Translations under genes and position numbers: made by a program
Shown: positions 23,017 to 35,384 of the stretch, one piece after another
How positions within the stretch are numbered: the stretch's first letter is position 1
Layout of the letters: each line of letters starts with the position of its first letter
Notes under the pieces: model-generated
The model's input: the letters and a program-made list of their open reading frames with translations, nothing else
Told to the model about the DNA's origin: nothing
Databases searched by the model: none
DNA from: Octopus sinensis
Lineage: Eukaryota
Assembly: GCF_006345805.1 (NCBI RefSeq)
Contig: NC_043005.1
Coordinates: 6,696,001-6,760,000 of the forward strand
DNA length: 64,000 bases
Direction: 5' to 3'

Positions 23017-23310
23017 GACTTTTACTACTACTACTACTATAACTTCTACATTTATTCTACCACTACTAATACTATTATTATTATTATCATTAATATTATT
23101 ATAACTATTTCTATTACTATTACTACTACTTCTACAACTACTTCTACTTCTTCAACTAAAACCACTACTACTACTATTATTATTATATTTAATATTATTA
23201 TCATTATCATTATCATTACTATGTTTATTATTATTATTATTATTATTACTAATACTACTACTACTACTTCTACTAATACTACTACTAACATTATTATTAA
23301 TAATATTATA

Positions 23311-23348
<38 letters not shown>

Positions 23349-23383
23349 CATCACTATTACTACTTCTACTACTACTTCTACTA

Positions 23384-23457
<74 letters not shown>

Positions 23458-24121
23458 TTTATTATGATTATTATTTTTATTATCATTATTATTATTATCA
23501 CTATTACTACTAATAATAATACTATTACTATTATCGTTATTATTGCAACTACTACGATTACTACTACTACTACTATTGCTAATACTAATACTACTACTGC
23601 TACTACTACTTCTATCATTATCATTATTATTATTGTCATTATTATTCTTATTACTCTTACTATTAATATTACAATTACTATTACTACCACTACTACTACT
23701 ACAACTATTAATACTACTACTACTACTACTACTACTATTACTACTATTGTCATTATTATTATCATTAATATTATTGTTATTATTATTTTTATTATTATTA
23801 TTATTATTGTTACTATTACTATTACTACTACTACTACATCTACTACTACTACTACACTACTACTACTACAACTATTAATACTACTACTACTACTACTACT
23901 ACTATTACTACTATTGTCATTATTATTATCATTAATATTATTGTTATTATTATTTTTATTATTATTATTATTATTGTTACTATTACTATTACTACTACTA
24001 CTACATCTACTACTACTACTACCACTACTACTACTACGATTACTTCTAATACTACTACTACTACTATTTTTAGTATTATTATTATTATTATTACCATTAC
24101 TACTACTATTACTACTCCTAG

Positions 24122-24155
<34 letters not shown>

Positions 24156-24337
24156 GCTGCTACTACTTCTACTATGATTATTTTTAATATTGTTATCATT
24201 ATTATTATTATTATTACTATTATTATTACTATTACTATTACTATTATTATTACTGCTACTACTACTACTACTACGACGACTACTACTACTAATTTTACTA
24301 CTCCTAATTCTACTACTACTCCTGACATGATTATTAT

Positions 24338-24551
24338 TTTTTCCTTTTCTTTTTTTTATTTTTATTTTTTCTTTTATTTATTTCTTTTTTTTTTGTTCTT
24401 TTCTTCCCTTTTACTATCCCTTTTGATCGAAAACCTACGCCACCCCTTTTTTTGTTTCTTTTGTCTTTAGTTTTTTTCATCCCCCAAATGAAAAGCTCTA
24501 CCTTGTAACTTGTCCCATCTGTGTGCAGCCCTGTGTGGCCAATAAAGAAAC
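24338..24551 (+). mobile_element. Tx1-like LINE, 3'UTR-only copy (copy 5)
   Basis: GATCGAAAACCTACGCCAC...GTGTGGCCAATAAAGAAAC followed by TTATCTATCTATCTATC. Confidence 0.88.
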
Positions 24552-24569
24552 TTATCTATCTATCTATCT

Positions 24570-24928
24570 TTGCAAACAAATGTGGTAACATGTAACAATA
24601 TTGACCGAGGTTACCGTGGTCTTTTTCGTAGGCTTTTCTCCCCACGGATAAACCTTATCTGCTTCCCTCTTTACACCGTGCATCATAACACTGTGATACA
24701 CGATCCCTATTGATTGTTTTTTCCTCTTCCCCATTTTTCCTCTTTAATCTATTTTCATTTTTCTTTTCTTTTGTTTCTTTTCCTTTTTTTCCCCCTTTTA
24801 CGATCCCTTTTGATCGAAAACCTACGCCACTTTTTTTTGTTTTTTGTTTTTTTTCATCCCCCAAAAGAAAAGCTCTACCTTGTAATTTGTCCCATCTGTG
24901 TGCAGCCCTGTGTGACGAATAAAGAAAC
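24570..24928 (+). mobile_element. Tx1-like LINE, 3'UTR-only copy (copy 6, type-B UTR)
   Basis: Matches 4797-5198; ends AATAAAGAAAC then (TAT)n. Confidence 0.88.
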
Positions 24929-25049
24929 TATTATTATTATATTCAATATTATTATTATTACTTTGTCTATTACTATTAATATTACTTCTCCTACTACAAC
25001 TACAACTACAACTACTACTACTTCTACTACTACTACTACTACTTATACG

Positions 25050-25104
<55 letters not shown>

Positions 25105-25827
25105 ATACAACTACTACTACTATTACTATTACTACTACTGCATTTTCTTATTAATATTAAACTTTTATTATTATTGTTACTAATATTATTATTTTTATTA
25201 CTACTATTATTATTATTATCATTACTATTACTATTACTACTACTACGATTACTACTACTACTACTACTCCTAATGCTACTACTACTGCTATCATGATTAT
25301 TATTACTATTATTATTATATTCAATATTATTATTATTACTATTTCTATTACTAACACTATTACTTCTACTACAACTACAACTACTACTACCACTACTACT
25401 TCTACTACTACTACTATTACTACTACTAATACTACTAATACTACTGCGACTAATACTACTACTATTACTACTCCTACTTCTACTACTACTGTTATCATGA
25501 TTATTATTATATTCAATATTATTATTATTACTATTTCTATAATTATTACTAATACTATTACAATTACTATTACTTCTAAAATTACTACTAATACGACTAA
25601 TACTACTATTATTATTATTATTACTTTTACTACTACTACTGCTACAACAACTACTACTACTATTACTACTACATCGACTGCTACAACTACTACTAATATT
25701 ATTATTATCATTAATATTATTATAACTATTACTCTAATTATTACTATTACTACTACTTCTACTTCTTCAACTAAAACCACTACTAATAGTATAATTATTA
25801 TTATTAATATTATTATCGTTTTCATTA

Positions 25828-28800
25828 TCAAAGAGGGCTTTGACGGGAGCCATCATCAACAACAAATGGTGGTTTGCCCTCAAGAGAGCAGTAAAAGCAG
25901 AAGCGATTAGGTACAGCAGAGCACTAGCCATAGATAGAAATAGAGTAGAGGGTGAGCTAGTTAAGAAGCTAGAAGAGGCAATTAGAAGCGGCATCGCATC
26001 CGACGTTTTGGCGGCGAGGTTGGCCCTCGACCAACACTTCAACGCCAAACACGAAGGATGTGCTGTCAGAGCTAGGATGCGTGCTCTAAGGAACGAAGGT
26101 GTTGGAGCCGCGAGAGAGGCCCGGGTGGCAGAGGCGCAACAGGGCAACAAAGCCACCATTCGGTTCCTGGTAGATGAACAGGGGCGCGAATTGCTCGAGC
26201 CAAGTAAAATGTGTGAGGCCTTTCAGCAGCATTTTGCCCGACTGTTCGGAACGAGTGGAGGGCAAGAACGTAGGGTGGACTTCAGTGCCTACCTACATAG
26301 CCTACCACGACTCTCGACAAGAAAGGCAGGGTGCTGCGAAGGTGCCATCACGGTGGCGGAAGTGCAGGAAGCGATGGCAGAATGCTCGGGGGACAAATCA
26401 CCGAGTTTGGATGGTCTACCCTACGAGCTTTACAATTGTATGCCAGACTTGTTTGGAGATCTCTTGGCGGCGGTGTACTGCAACTGGCAGCAAAACGGGA
26501 GCATTCCTGGTTTTGTGAGTCGAGGAGCCGTAACACTGCTGAAGAAAGATCTAAACAAGGGAAATGTAATAGATAACTTTAGGCCCATCACTCTGCTTAA
26601 TGCAGACTTGAAAATTTTGGCCAAAGTGCTAGCCAAGAGGTTGGCGCTTGTCATCGAGAAACTGGTCGACAAGGCGCAAACATGCGCCGTTCCAGGCCGG
26701 ACCATCCATGACAACCTCCACCTGATGCTCTACATCATAGACAGGGTAGTTAACGAACATGGCATGGGTGGGACGCTGATCAATTTGGATCAATCGAAAG
26801 CTTTCGATAGGGTGGACCATCGATACTTGGAGGCGGTCCTCGGAGCGGCTGGCTTCGGTCCCGTCTTCCGCGGCTGAATAGCCGCTTTGTACAGAGGCAT
26901 CCGTTCGGTAATTCGCGTGAATGGACATCTATCGAGACCCTTCGACATCGCACGTTCGGTCCGTCAGGGATGCCCCCTCTCGTCGCTTCTATACCTATTG
27001 ACTCTCGAGCCATTATTGCGGAAGCTGGCAACCTTGAGAGGCATCCCGCGAGAACTGGGATGCGGGACGAGCGTGTCTGCATACGCGGACGACGTCACCG
27101 TCATAGTGTCTAGCCACGAGCACATCGAGCAGGTCGGCGAGACACTGAAAAACTACGAAGCGGTGACAGGAGCGAAAATCAACCGGGAAAAGTCAGTGGG
27201 CTTGCGACTAGGCACCTGGAGAAGCAAGCCCATGCCGTCCACCAGCGCCTCCGTCGTGGGACGCTGGACCGACGGCCCGGTTGAGTTGCTCGGGGTCTGG
27301 TTTGGTCCGGACCTCCAAGTGGAGAAGAACTGGAACGAGATAACGAGTAGGGTGGTCACTCTCGCCCGGCAATGGGCCGAGAGGAAACTGTCCCTAAAAG
27401 GTCGGGCGGAGGTGGCGAACACGTACATCGCGTCCGTCATCTACTACCGCCTGACCGTCGAACCTTGTCCCGACCCTACCATCACCAAACTACAACGCAT
27501 TCTCTTCCGCTTCTTGTGGAAAGGATGCGTCCCGATGGTCAGGGGATCCATTTGCTGTTAACACCCGTTAAAAGGAGGGCTGGTCATGCCGTGGTTGATG
27601 ATGCGCAGACACGCTCTGAGACTGCGACATCTCTGGCTCTATGTAGACGACGGTGAACAGGTGTGGCGCCGTTTGTGAGGCACGCTTTCCCGCAGCTAGT
27701 CTCCATGATCGAACTGCAGTCGTGGATCAAAAAGAGGCCGACGAAGGGCGAATGGCACCGCGAGTGTCGCGTTGCTCTCAAGCAACTCTGCCGTCCTGGG
27801 TCGACCTTGAGTGACTTCAACACAACCAAACATTCTATAGGGGTTTAGTGGAGGGGAGGTACGACGACGAGCTCGGGGCGAACCTGGACGTCGACGAGGA
27901 GTACCTGACCCGCCTGTTCAGGACGACTTTCGGGCCAGGGCCCATGGACAACTTCCAGAGATCCCTGGCCTGGCAGTGCTACCGAGAAGCGCTACCCGTT
28001 CGGGATAAGCTCTACAGACACGGCTCGAGAAACACGGGGCCGACCTGCCCGAGATGCGGTCAGAGCGACGAAACCGTTCTGCACGCACTCGTGCAGTGTC
28101 CAACAATTTCCGACCTGTGGGCTTATGTCGAACAATTGCTGTCACGTGTGGGACGAGTCGGTTTATCAGCTGAGTCTATCGTCAATATTGTCACGCCTCC
28201 TTCCTTCAAACGGGAAGGAAGAGCTATTTTCATCATCCTTGTGGCTATGGCGAAAGAATGTATCTGGTGGACGCGTCTCAAAGGATTGCAGACAAACACT
28301 TTCCTCTCTGGTCAATCTCTCATCAACTTCTTCAAGTACCACTTGAAAAGGAAAGTGAGAGTAGAGAGGCAAGTTTTGTCTAGCGAATGTTTTAAAAAAA
28401 GATGGGTGAATGTAGCAAGAATGGCACGTATGAATGACGAAGCCACCTTGAGCATAATCCTATGAACCCAGAAATTGAAAACAGAGAGTTGCTTATTCGC
28501 AAAAAAAAAAAAAAAAAAAGAAATATAACATGTGACTTCATTGACCGAGGTTACCGTGGTCTTTTCCGTAGGCTTTTCTTTCCACGGGTAAACCTCACCT
28601 GTCCTCCCCTTTACACTTCATATTGACATTTCTGTGATAACGATCCCTATTGATTAATTTTTTTTTTTCCTCTCCCCCTTTTTTTTAACCCCCCCTTTTT
28701 TGTCCTCTTTCTCTCCTTTTACGATCCCTTTTGATCGAAACTCCCCCCTTCCTTTTTTTTTTTAAACCTTCAAAAGAAAAGCTCTACCTTGTAATTTGTT

Positions 28801-28837
28801 CTATCTGTGTGCAGCCCTGTGTGGCTAATAAAGAAAC
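25828..28837 (+). mobile_element. Tx1/L1-clade LINE, 3-kb 5'-truncated copy with RT and zf-RVT-like domain, inactivated (copy 7)
   Basis: KSPSLDGLPYELY, RPITLLNADLKIL, DQSKAFDRV, QGCPLS, YADD and TCPRCGQSDET; in-frame TGA at 26875-26877 and further downstream disruptions. Confidence 0.93.
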
Positions 28838-29189
28838 ATATCTTTATTACTATTACTATTACTATTACTACTACTGGAACTACTACTACTAATACTACTA
28901 CTAATATTATTATTAATAATATTATAATTAATATTATTATTATTAATATTATTATTATTATTTTTACTATTACTACTACTAATACTGCTACTATTTCTAC
29001 TACTTCCACTACAACTACTACTACTACTATTACTACTTCTACTACTACTAGGACTTCTTATAATAATGCTATTATTATTATTATTATTATTATTATTACA
29101 ATTATTTTAACTACTACTACTATTTTTATTAGTTTATTATTATTATATTATTATTATTATAGTTATCGCCATACTAATATGGCATTCTT

Positions 29190-29460
29190 ATAAAAATAAG
29201 AATAAAGCTGTCCGCTTATTAGCTCCATGAGGCCATCGCCTTAAGTTAGCTATTTGATACACAAACTGTATCCATATAACCTTCGAACAGGGGAGGTCAG
29301 TCGCTCCACACTACTTGACCGGCAGCTACAGACGCATTTCGGGGTATTGCCCCTTTTCAATGCAGCGTAGCCAGACCAGTAGGTGTCGCTTCTGACAATC
29401 TCTGTTCGAAGGTTTTATTTACCTAGCTTCGGTGGAATACATCCACTTGTTTTCAATAAT
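29190..29460. other. Unclassified GC-richer, highly self-complementary island
   Basis: 13-bp enclosing stem (29278-29290 with 29402-29414), nested internal hairpins and two flanking hairpins. Confidence 0.45.
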
Positions 29461-29477
29461 AGAAATATTAAAATTAC

Positions 29478-31505
29478 TAATGAAAATGTTTGAAGATAAT
29501 GTTTGATGATAATGCTTGATGAAAATGTCTGATGAAAATGTTTAAAGAAAATGTTTGATGAAAATGTTTGATGATTATTGTTTGATGAAAATGTTTGATG
29601 ATAAATGTTTGATGATTAATTTTTTTGGTAAATGTTTGATGAAAATGTTTGATGAAAATGATAGATGAAAATGTTTGTTGAAAATGCTTGATGAAAATGT
29701 TTGATGAAAATGTTTGAAGAAAATATTTGATGATAAATGTTTGATGAAAATGTTTTAATAAAATATTTAATGAAAATGTTTGAGTAAAATGTTTGATGAA
29801 AAAGTTTGATGATAAATGCTTCATGAAAATGTTTGAAGATAAATGTTTTATGAAAATGTTTGATGATAAATGTTTCTTGAAAATGTTTGAAGATAAATGT
29901 TTTATGAAAATGTTCGAAGATAATGATTGATGATAATGTTTGATGGAAATGATTCATGAAAATGTTTGATGGAATTCTTTCATGAAAATGTTTGTTGAAA
30001 ATGTTTTAAGAAAATGTTTGATGAAATTGTTTGTTGAAAATGATTGATGATAATGTTTGATGGAAATGTTTGATGAAAATGTTTGATAGAAATGTTTGAT
30101 GAAAATGTTTGATGGAAATGTTGGATGAAAATGATTGATGAAAATGTTTGATGAAAATGTTTTATGAAAATGTTTGATGAAAATATTTGATGATTATTGA
30201 TTGATGAAAATGTTTGATGATAAATGTTTGATGATTAATGTTTGTTGATAAATGTTTGATTAAAATATTTGATGAAAATGTTTGATTAAAATGTTTGATG
30301 AAAATGTTTGACGAAAATGCTTGGTGAATATGCTTGATGAAAATGTTTGATGGAAATGTTTGATGAAAATGTTTGATAGAAATGTCTGATGAAAATATTT
30401 GATGGAAATGTTTGATGAAAATGTTTGATGAAACTGTTTAATGAAAATGTTTGATGAAAATGTTTGATGATAAATGTTTCATGAAAATGTTTGAAGATAA
30501 ATGTTTTCATCAGTTTGAAGATAAATGTTTGAAGATAAATGTTTTTATGAAAATGTTTGAAGATAAATGTTTTATGAAAATGTTTGATGATAAATGTTTC
30601 ATGAAAATGTTTGAAGATAAATGTTTTATGAAAATGTTCGAAGATAATGATTGATGATAATGTTTGATGGAAATGATTCATGAAAATGTTTGATGGAATT
30701 CTTTCATGAAAATGTTTGTTGAAAATGTTTTAAGAAAATGTTTGATGAAATTGTTTGTTGAAAATGTTTGATGAAAATGTTTGATAGAAATGTTTGATGA
30801 AAATGTTTGATAGAAATGTTTGATGAAAATGTTTGATGAAAATGTTTGATGATAAATGCTTCATGAAAATGTTTGAAGATAAATGTTTTATGAAAATGTT
30901 TGAAGATAAATGTTTCATGAAAATATTTGAAGATAAATGTTTTATTAAAATGTTCGAAGATAATGAATGATAAGGTTTGATGGAAATGTTTGATAAAAAT
31001 GTTTGATGGAATTGTTTCATGGAAATGTTTGATGAAAATGTTTTAAGAAAATGTTTGATGAAAATGTTTGTTGAAAATGATTGATGAAAATGTTTGATGA
31101 AAATGTTTAATGAAAATGTTTGATGATATTTGATGATAATGCTTGATGAAAATGTGTGATGAAAATGTTAGATGAAATTGTTTGATGAAAATGTTTGATG
31201 AAAATATTTGATGATTATTGTTTGATGAAAATGTTTGATGATAAATGTTTGATGTTTAATTTTTTTGGTAAATGTTTCATGAAAATGTCTGAAAATGTCA
31301 GATGAAAATGTTTGTTGAAAATGCTTGATGAAAATGTTTGATGAAAATGTTTAAAGAAAATATTTGATAATAAATGTTTGATGAACATGTTTTAATAAAA
31401 TTTTTAATGAAAATGTTTGATTAAAATGTTTGATGAAAATGTTTGATGATAAATGCTTCATGAAAATGTTTGAAGTTAAATGATTTATGAGAATGTTTAT
31501 GATGT
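29478..31505. repeat. 13-bp satellite (consensus GATGAAAATGTTT) with higher-order duplication
   Basis: Direct reading; diagnostic variants recur at 29571/31211 and at 29911/30635/30951. Confidence 0.92.
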
Positions 31506-31884
31506 ATAAATCGAATCGTAGTTTGGAGATATTTTCTCAGGCTTGATAGATTGATTTGCAAGCTGCAATTTACGGTGAGTATATCCCTTCTTCTAAGCGT
31601 TAAATGTAAATAGCTATATTGCATATTCAATTTATAAAGTCTTTATAAAGTCGACAACCCACCCACCCGTCCGCATCGTTACTTGTTTCTATTTTTTGTG
31701 TAATAAAGAATTTAGTTCAGTCGGTAGCAATGAGATTTACTTTTTAGAAAATATCTCACACGGCTACAACTGCAAAGGACGATAACTCCTTTACACAACA
31801 AGAAGCAAGGGCAGCAACAAGAATTTGCTATTAAATAAGTTGCTTCCCTTGTTCGTAAAGATTTTTTATTTTTTTAGGAATAAA

Positions 31885-31888
31885 TCTT

Positions 31889-31925
<37 letters not shown>

Positions 31926-32300
31926 CTGAAGTTGTCTGTGTATGGCAGGTTTGGTAGCCTTCAACTAACACTATCTCCTCCGAGACCCTGCAGCGCAAGT
32001 TGACCAAAATTGAGAGTATGATAAAAGAAGGCTTGCTCTTCCTTCCGTAGAAGAAAAAATTCAAATCGTACCATGTTAACATCAAAAATTATTTACATCA
32101 AAATGGTGCTTTTTTTCTATGAAAATCCCCATTTTTTACGATTTTTTGACAGCCGTGTCGCCATTTTTCGGTGTATTTCAACCAGAAAAATGTTCACTTA
32201 AAGAGAATAACAAGCTACATGATGCAAAATTTTTACTTTTCAAAAATTCCAATTCTAAAGGGTCGAAACAAACCCGAGCAACGCCGGGCGATACTGCTAG
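31885..32300 (+). mobile_element. Non-autonomous Helitron-like element
   Basis: A|TC start followed by (TA)n; subterminal CCCGAGCAACGCCGGG hairpin; CTAG|T end at 32297-32301; no TIR or TSD. Confidence 0.78.
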
Positions 32301-33189
32301 TCTATCATAAAATAAAACGTCGCTTATTACTTGTACTAGACTAAAACCAACGTTCGTGGCACGTAGGCTATTGCTTAAAAGTTGCATGTATGTGTTTAAT
32401 TATACACGGATAATACACAGAAGATTCATGGCTAAAAATAAAGCAGAATAATTTTTTCTGAATAATTATATGATGGAGTTGTGTTCTTTTTATCTTGCTT
32501 GAAGACAACATATAGAAAACTAATTATAGTGATTTGATATCGAATGTAAAATATGTATTTCGCTCTTTCAATAAACATAACGAGAATTTCAACTTCTAGA
32601 TGACTTTTGAATTGTATTTTTGCTTTATAATCCCATCCTGTAGAAACAGAAAGCTTCATTGAAATTTAATCCAAATGAAGGGTTGAAGCTGAAGCCACAT
32701 TTATCCTCTGTGGCCCAACATTACAGAGAGATGACTATCAATTAACGCCGAAATCATTTTGTTTCTTTTCAAAAACAGCCAATATGTTTTTTGAAGTGCC
32801 ATATGTCACCGAGAGAAAATGTTACTAGATTTTGCTCCAAATATTTATTGGTCAATTTACAAAGTCATTAAGGAAGGAAATAGTCATGACATTGTTCATT
32901 TCCCCAATACATTACCTGGTGTTTAGCTCATCAACCATAATAAAAGGTAATGTTCAAGTCTACCTCTGTTGGGTTTGAACTCTGAACTCAAATCCTACTG
33001 GCAATGTTAGAACTTTTCTCCATCTTTCTATAATAGATATATGTAATGCTGAACATTTGATATTATGTGGACTGAACGGGCCAGTGGTATGTGTAATCAT
33101 GATCTTCTAATTGAACAATCAATATTGTAATGTTTCTTTGGTGAATGATTAGAACAAGGTAACAGTAAATTTGCCTTCTCAAGTCATAG

Positions 33190-33618
33190 TGACTCATAGG
33201 GGCCAGTTTCCTAGTTTCATGGTGTGCCTTACTGGCACTCGAGCCCTGTGCTAGTAGGGTATTAAGAGCACCATCCAAGCGTGATCGTTGCCAGAGTGGC
33301 TATCTGGCCTCCATGCCAGTGGCATGTAAAAGACACCATTTGAGCGTGATCGTTACCAGCATCGCCTTACTGGTACCTGTGCTGGTGGCATGTTTAAAAG
33401 ATTTCAGTGAGGTCATTGCCAGTACTGCCTGACTGGCCCCGTGCTGGTGGCATGTAACAGCATCCACTACACTCTCGGAGTGGTTGGTGTTAGGAAGGGC
33501 ATCCAGCTGTAGAAACTCTGCCAGATCAAGATTGGAGTCTGGTGCAGCCATCTGGTTCGCCAGCCCTCAGTCATTCGTCCAACCCATGCTAGCATGGAAA
33601 GCGGACATTAAATGATGA
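33190..33618 (+). mobile_element. RTE-LINE 3'UTR-derived repeat
   Basis: Ends CGTCCAACCCATGCTAGCATGGAAAGCGGACATTAAATGATGAT, like 36240-36295. Confidence 0.8.
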
Positions 33619-33629
33619 TATATTTCTCA

Positions 33630-33805
33630 CCAGGACAGGACACCAGTCTGTCACAGGATTATTCCTTTTCACCAGGTAAGTGGACTGGAGTAATGTGAAA
33701 TGAAGTGTTTTGCTGAATAATACAACACATTGCCCGATCTAGGAATCAAAACCACAATCTTACAATCAGGAGTCCAACACACTAACCATTAAGCCATGCA
33801 TCTCA
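33630..33805 (-). mobile_element. Degenerate tRNA-SINE (family D-related)
   Basis: Reverse complement has GCTTAATGGTTAG...TGGTTTTGATTCC...GCAAAACACTTCATTTCAC. Confidence 0.55.
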
Positions 33806-33879
33806 ACAATGCTTAAAACAGCTATACAGTTTATGACAAAAATGGTATTCAAATCCTGCTGGCAAGATTACAACTTTTT

Positions 33880-34370
33880 TCATCATCATCATCATCATCA
33901 ACATCATCATCGTTTAACGTCTGCTTTCCATGGGCTGGACGATTTTGACTGAGGGCTGACGAACCAGATGGCTGCACCAGGCTCCAATCTTGATCTGGCA
34001 GAGTTTCTACAGCTGGATGCCCTTCCTAATGCCAACCACTCCGAGAGTGTAGTGGGTGCTTTTTACGTGCCTCTGGCATGAGGGCCAGTCAGGGAGTACT
34101 GGCAACGACCTCGCTCAAATGTTTTACACATGCCATCGGCACAGGTGCCAGTAAGGCGACGCTGGTAACAATCATGCTCGAATAGTGCCTTTTACGTGCC
34201 ACCGGCATGGAAGCCAGTTAGCCGCTCTGGCAACGATCACAGTTGGATGGTGCTCTTAGCACCCAACTAGCACGGGCACAAGTGCCAGTAAGGCAATGCT
34301 GGTAGCGATCACACTCAAATGGTGCCTTTTATGTGTCACTGGCATGGAAGCCGGTTAGCCGCTCTGTTCA
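33880..34370 (-). mobile_element. RTE-LINE 3'UTR-derived repeat with (GAT)n tail
   Basis: Reverse complement of the RTE 3' end, with ~60-nt internal modules. Confidence 0.8.
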
Positions 34371-34770
34371 TATTTTCCTATATTAGATATGGCATCAAGC
34401 TGAAGACTAATTTTGATACTTCAAAGTTTCAGTAATTTTATCACTTTTTTCACTGTAAAGACTTTGATTTCTTTCGAGAAAAACTCATTTCTAGAGATTT
34501 TTGTTATTGAATACATCATTATAGCTTTTAATGTCTGCTTTACCATGCTTGCATGGGTTGGATAGAATTTTGTTGAGGTGGATTTCCACAGCTGGATGCT
34601 CTTCCTATCACCAATCCTCACCTGTTTTCAAGTAAGGAAATAATTCTTCATGACCAGACATGTTTCCACAAAAGATGAGCAAAGGTCCTTGCTTGCCTGA
34701 CAGTAATATTCGTTCACAACTATCATGCAACACCAAGACAAAGAGACACGCATAAGTAAACAAATATATG

Positions 34771-35148
34771 AGTGACTGTGTGGTAAGTAGCTTGCTTACC
34801 AACCACATGGTTCCGGGTTCATTCCCACTGCGTACCACCTTGGGCAAGTGTCTTCTACTATAACCTCGGGCCGACCACAGCCTTGTGAGTGGATTTGGTA
34901 GACGGAAACTGAAAGAAGCCTGTATATATATATATGTGTGTCTGTGTTTGTTCCCCTAGTATTGCTTGACCACTGATGTTGGTGTGTTTATGTCTCCGTC
35001 ACTTAGCGGTTCGGCAAAAGAGACCAATAGAATAAGTACTGGGCTTACAAAGAATAAGTCCCGGGGTCGATTTGCTTGACGAAAGGTGGTGCTCCAGCAT
35101 GGCCACAGTCAAATGACTGAAACAAGTAAAAGAGTAAAAGAGTAAAGA
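34771..35148 (+). mobile_element. tRNA-derived SINE family A (CORE-like central block, internal microsatellite)
   Basis: TGTGTGGTAAGTAGC...GGTTCATTCCC...CCTTGGGCAAGTGTCTT...GAAACAAGTAAAAGAGT; near-identical to 45043-45420. Confidence 0.85.
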
Positions 35149-35384
35149 GTATATATATATATATAGACAATTCAAATAAACTAATAATAAAATTAACAAG
35201 CAACAAGAGGATACGCACAAGGAATGTATTAGCCTGATGCACAGTAAAAAGAGAGAGTTCTGTGGTTTTTAGCATAGCTCTTCCCTAGAAAGTAGAAAGG
35301 GAAAAGTTGAAAGAAGGAAAAGAAATCGCCAATCAATATACATATATATACAGAAATCCAATGTGTATATATATATATATATAT

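Larger units (their letters stand above)
19130..29165. repeat. ~10-kb compound (ATT)n/(ACT)n trinucleotide array interrupted by three LINE insertions
   Basis: Direct reading; the top strand is nearly free of G. Confidence 0.95.

Noticed and set aside
19122-25910. Ile/Thr/Leu/Val homopolymer ORFs resembling mucins or membrane proteins
   Set aside because: These are frames of the ATT/ACT array; there is no unique coding sequence or splice context.
25840-28465. Active autonomous LINE
   Set aside because: 5'-truncated (no ORF1 or endonuclease), with in-frame stops and frameshifts. The same applies to the CR1, RTE, PLE, mariner and hAT remnants.
29477-31020. IKHFHQTF-repeat ORFs
   Set aside because: Translation of the 13-bp satellite; the unit length is not a multiple of 3 and the frames break frequently.
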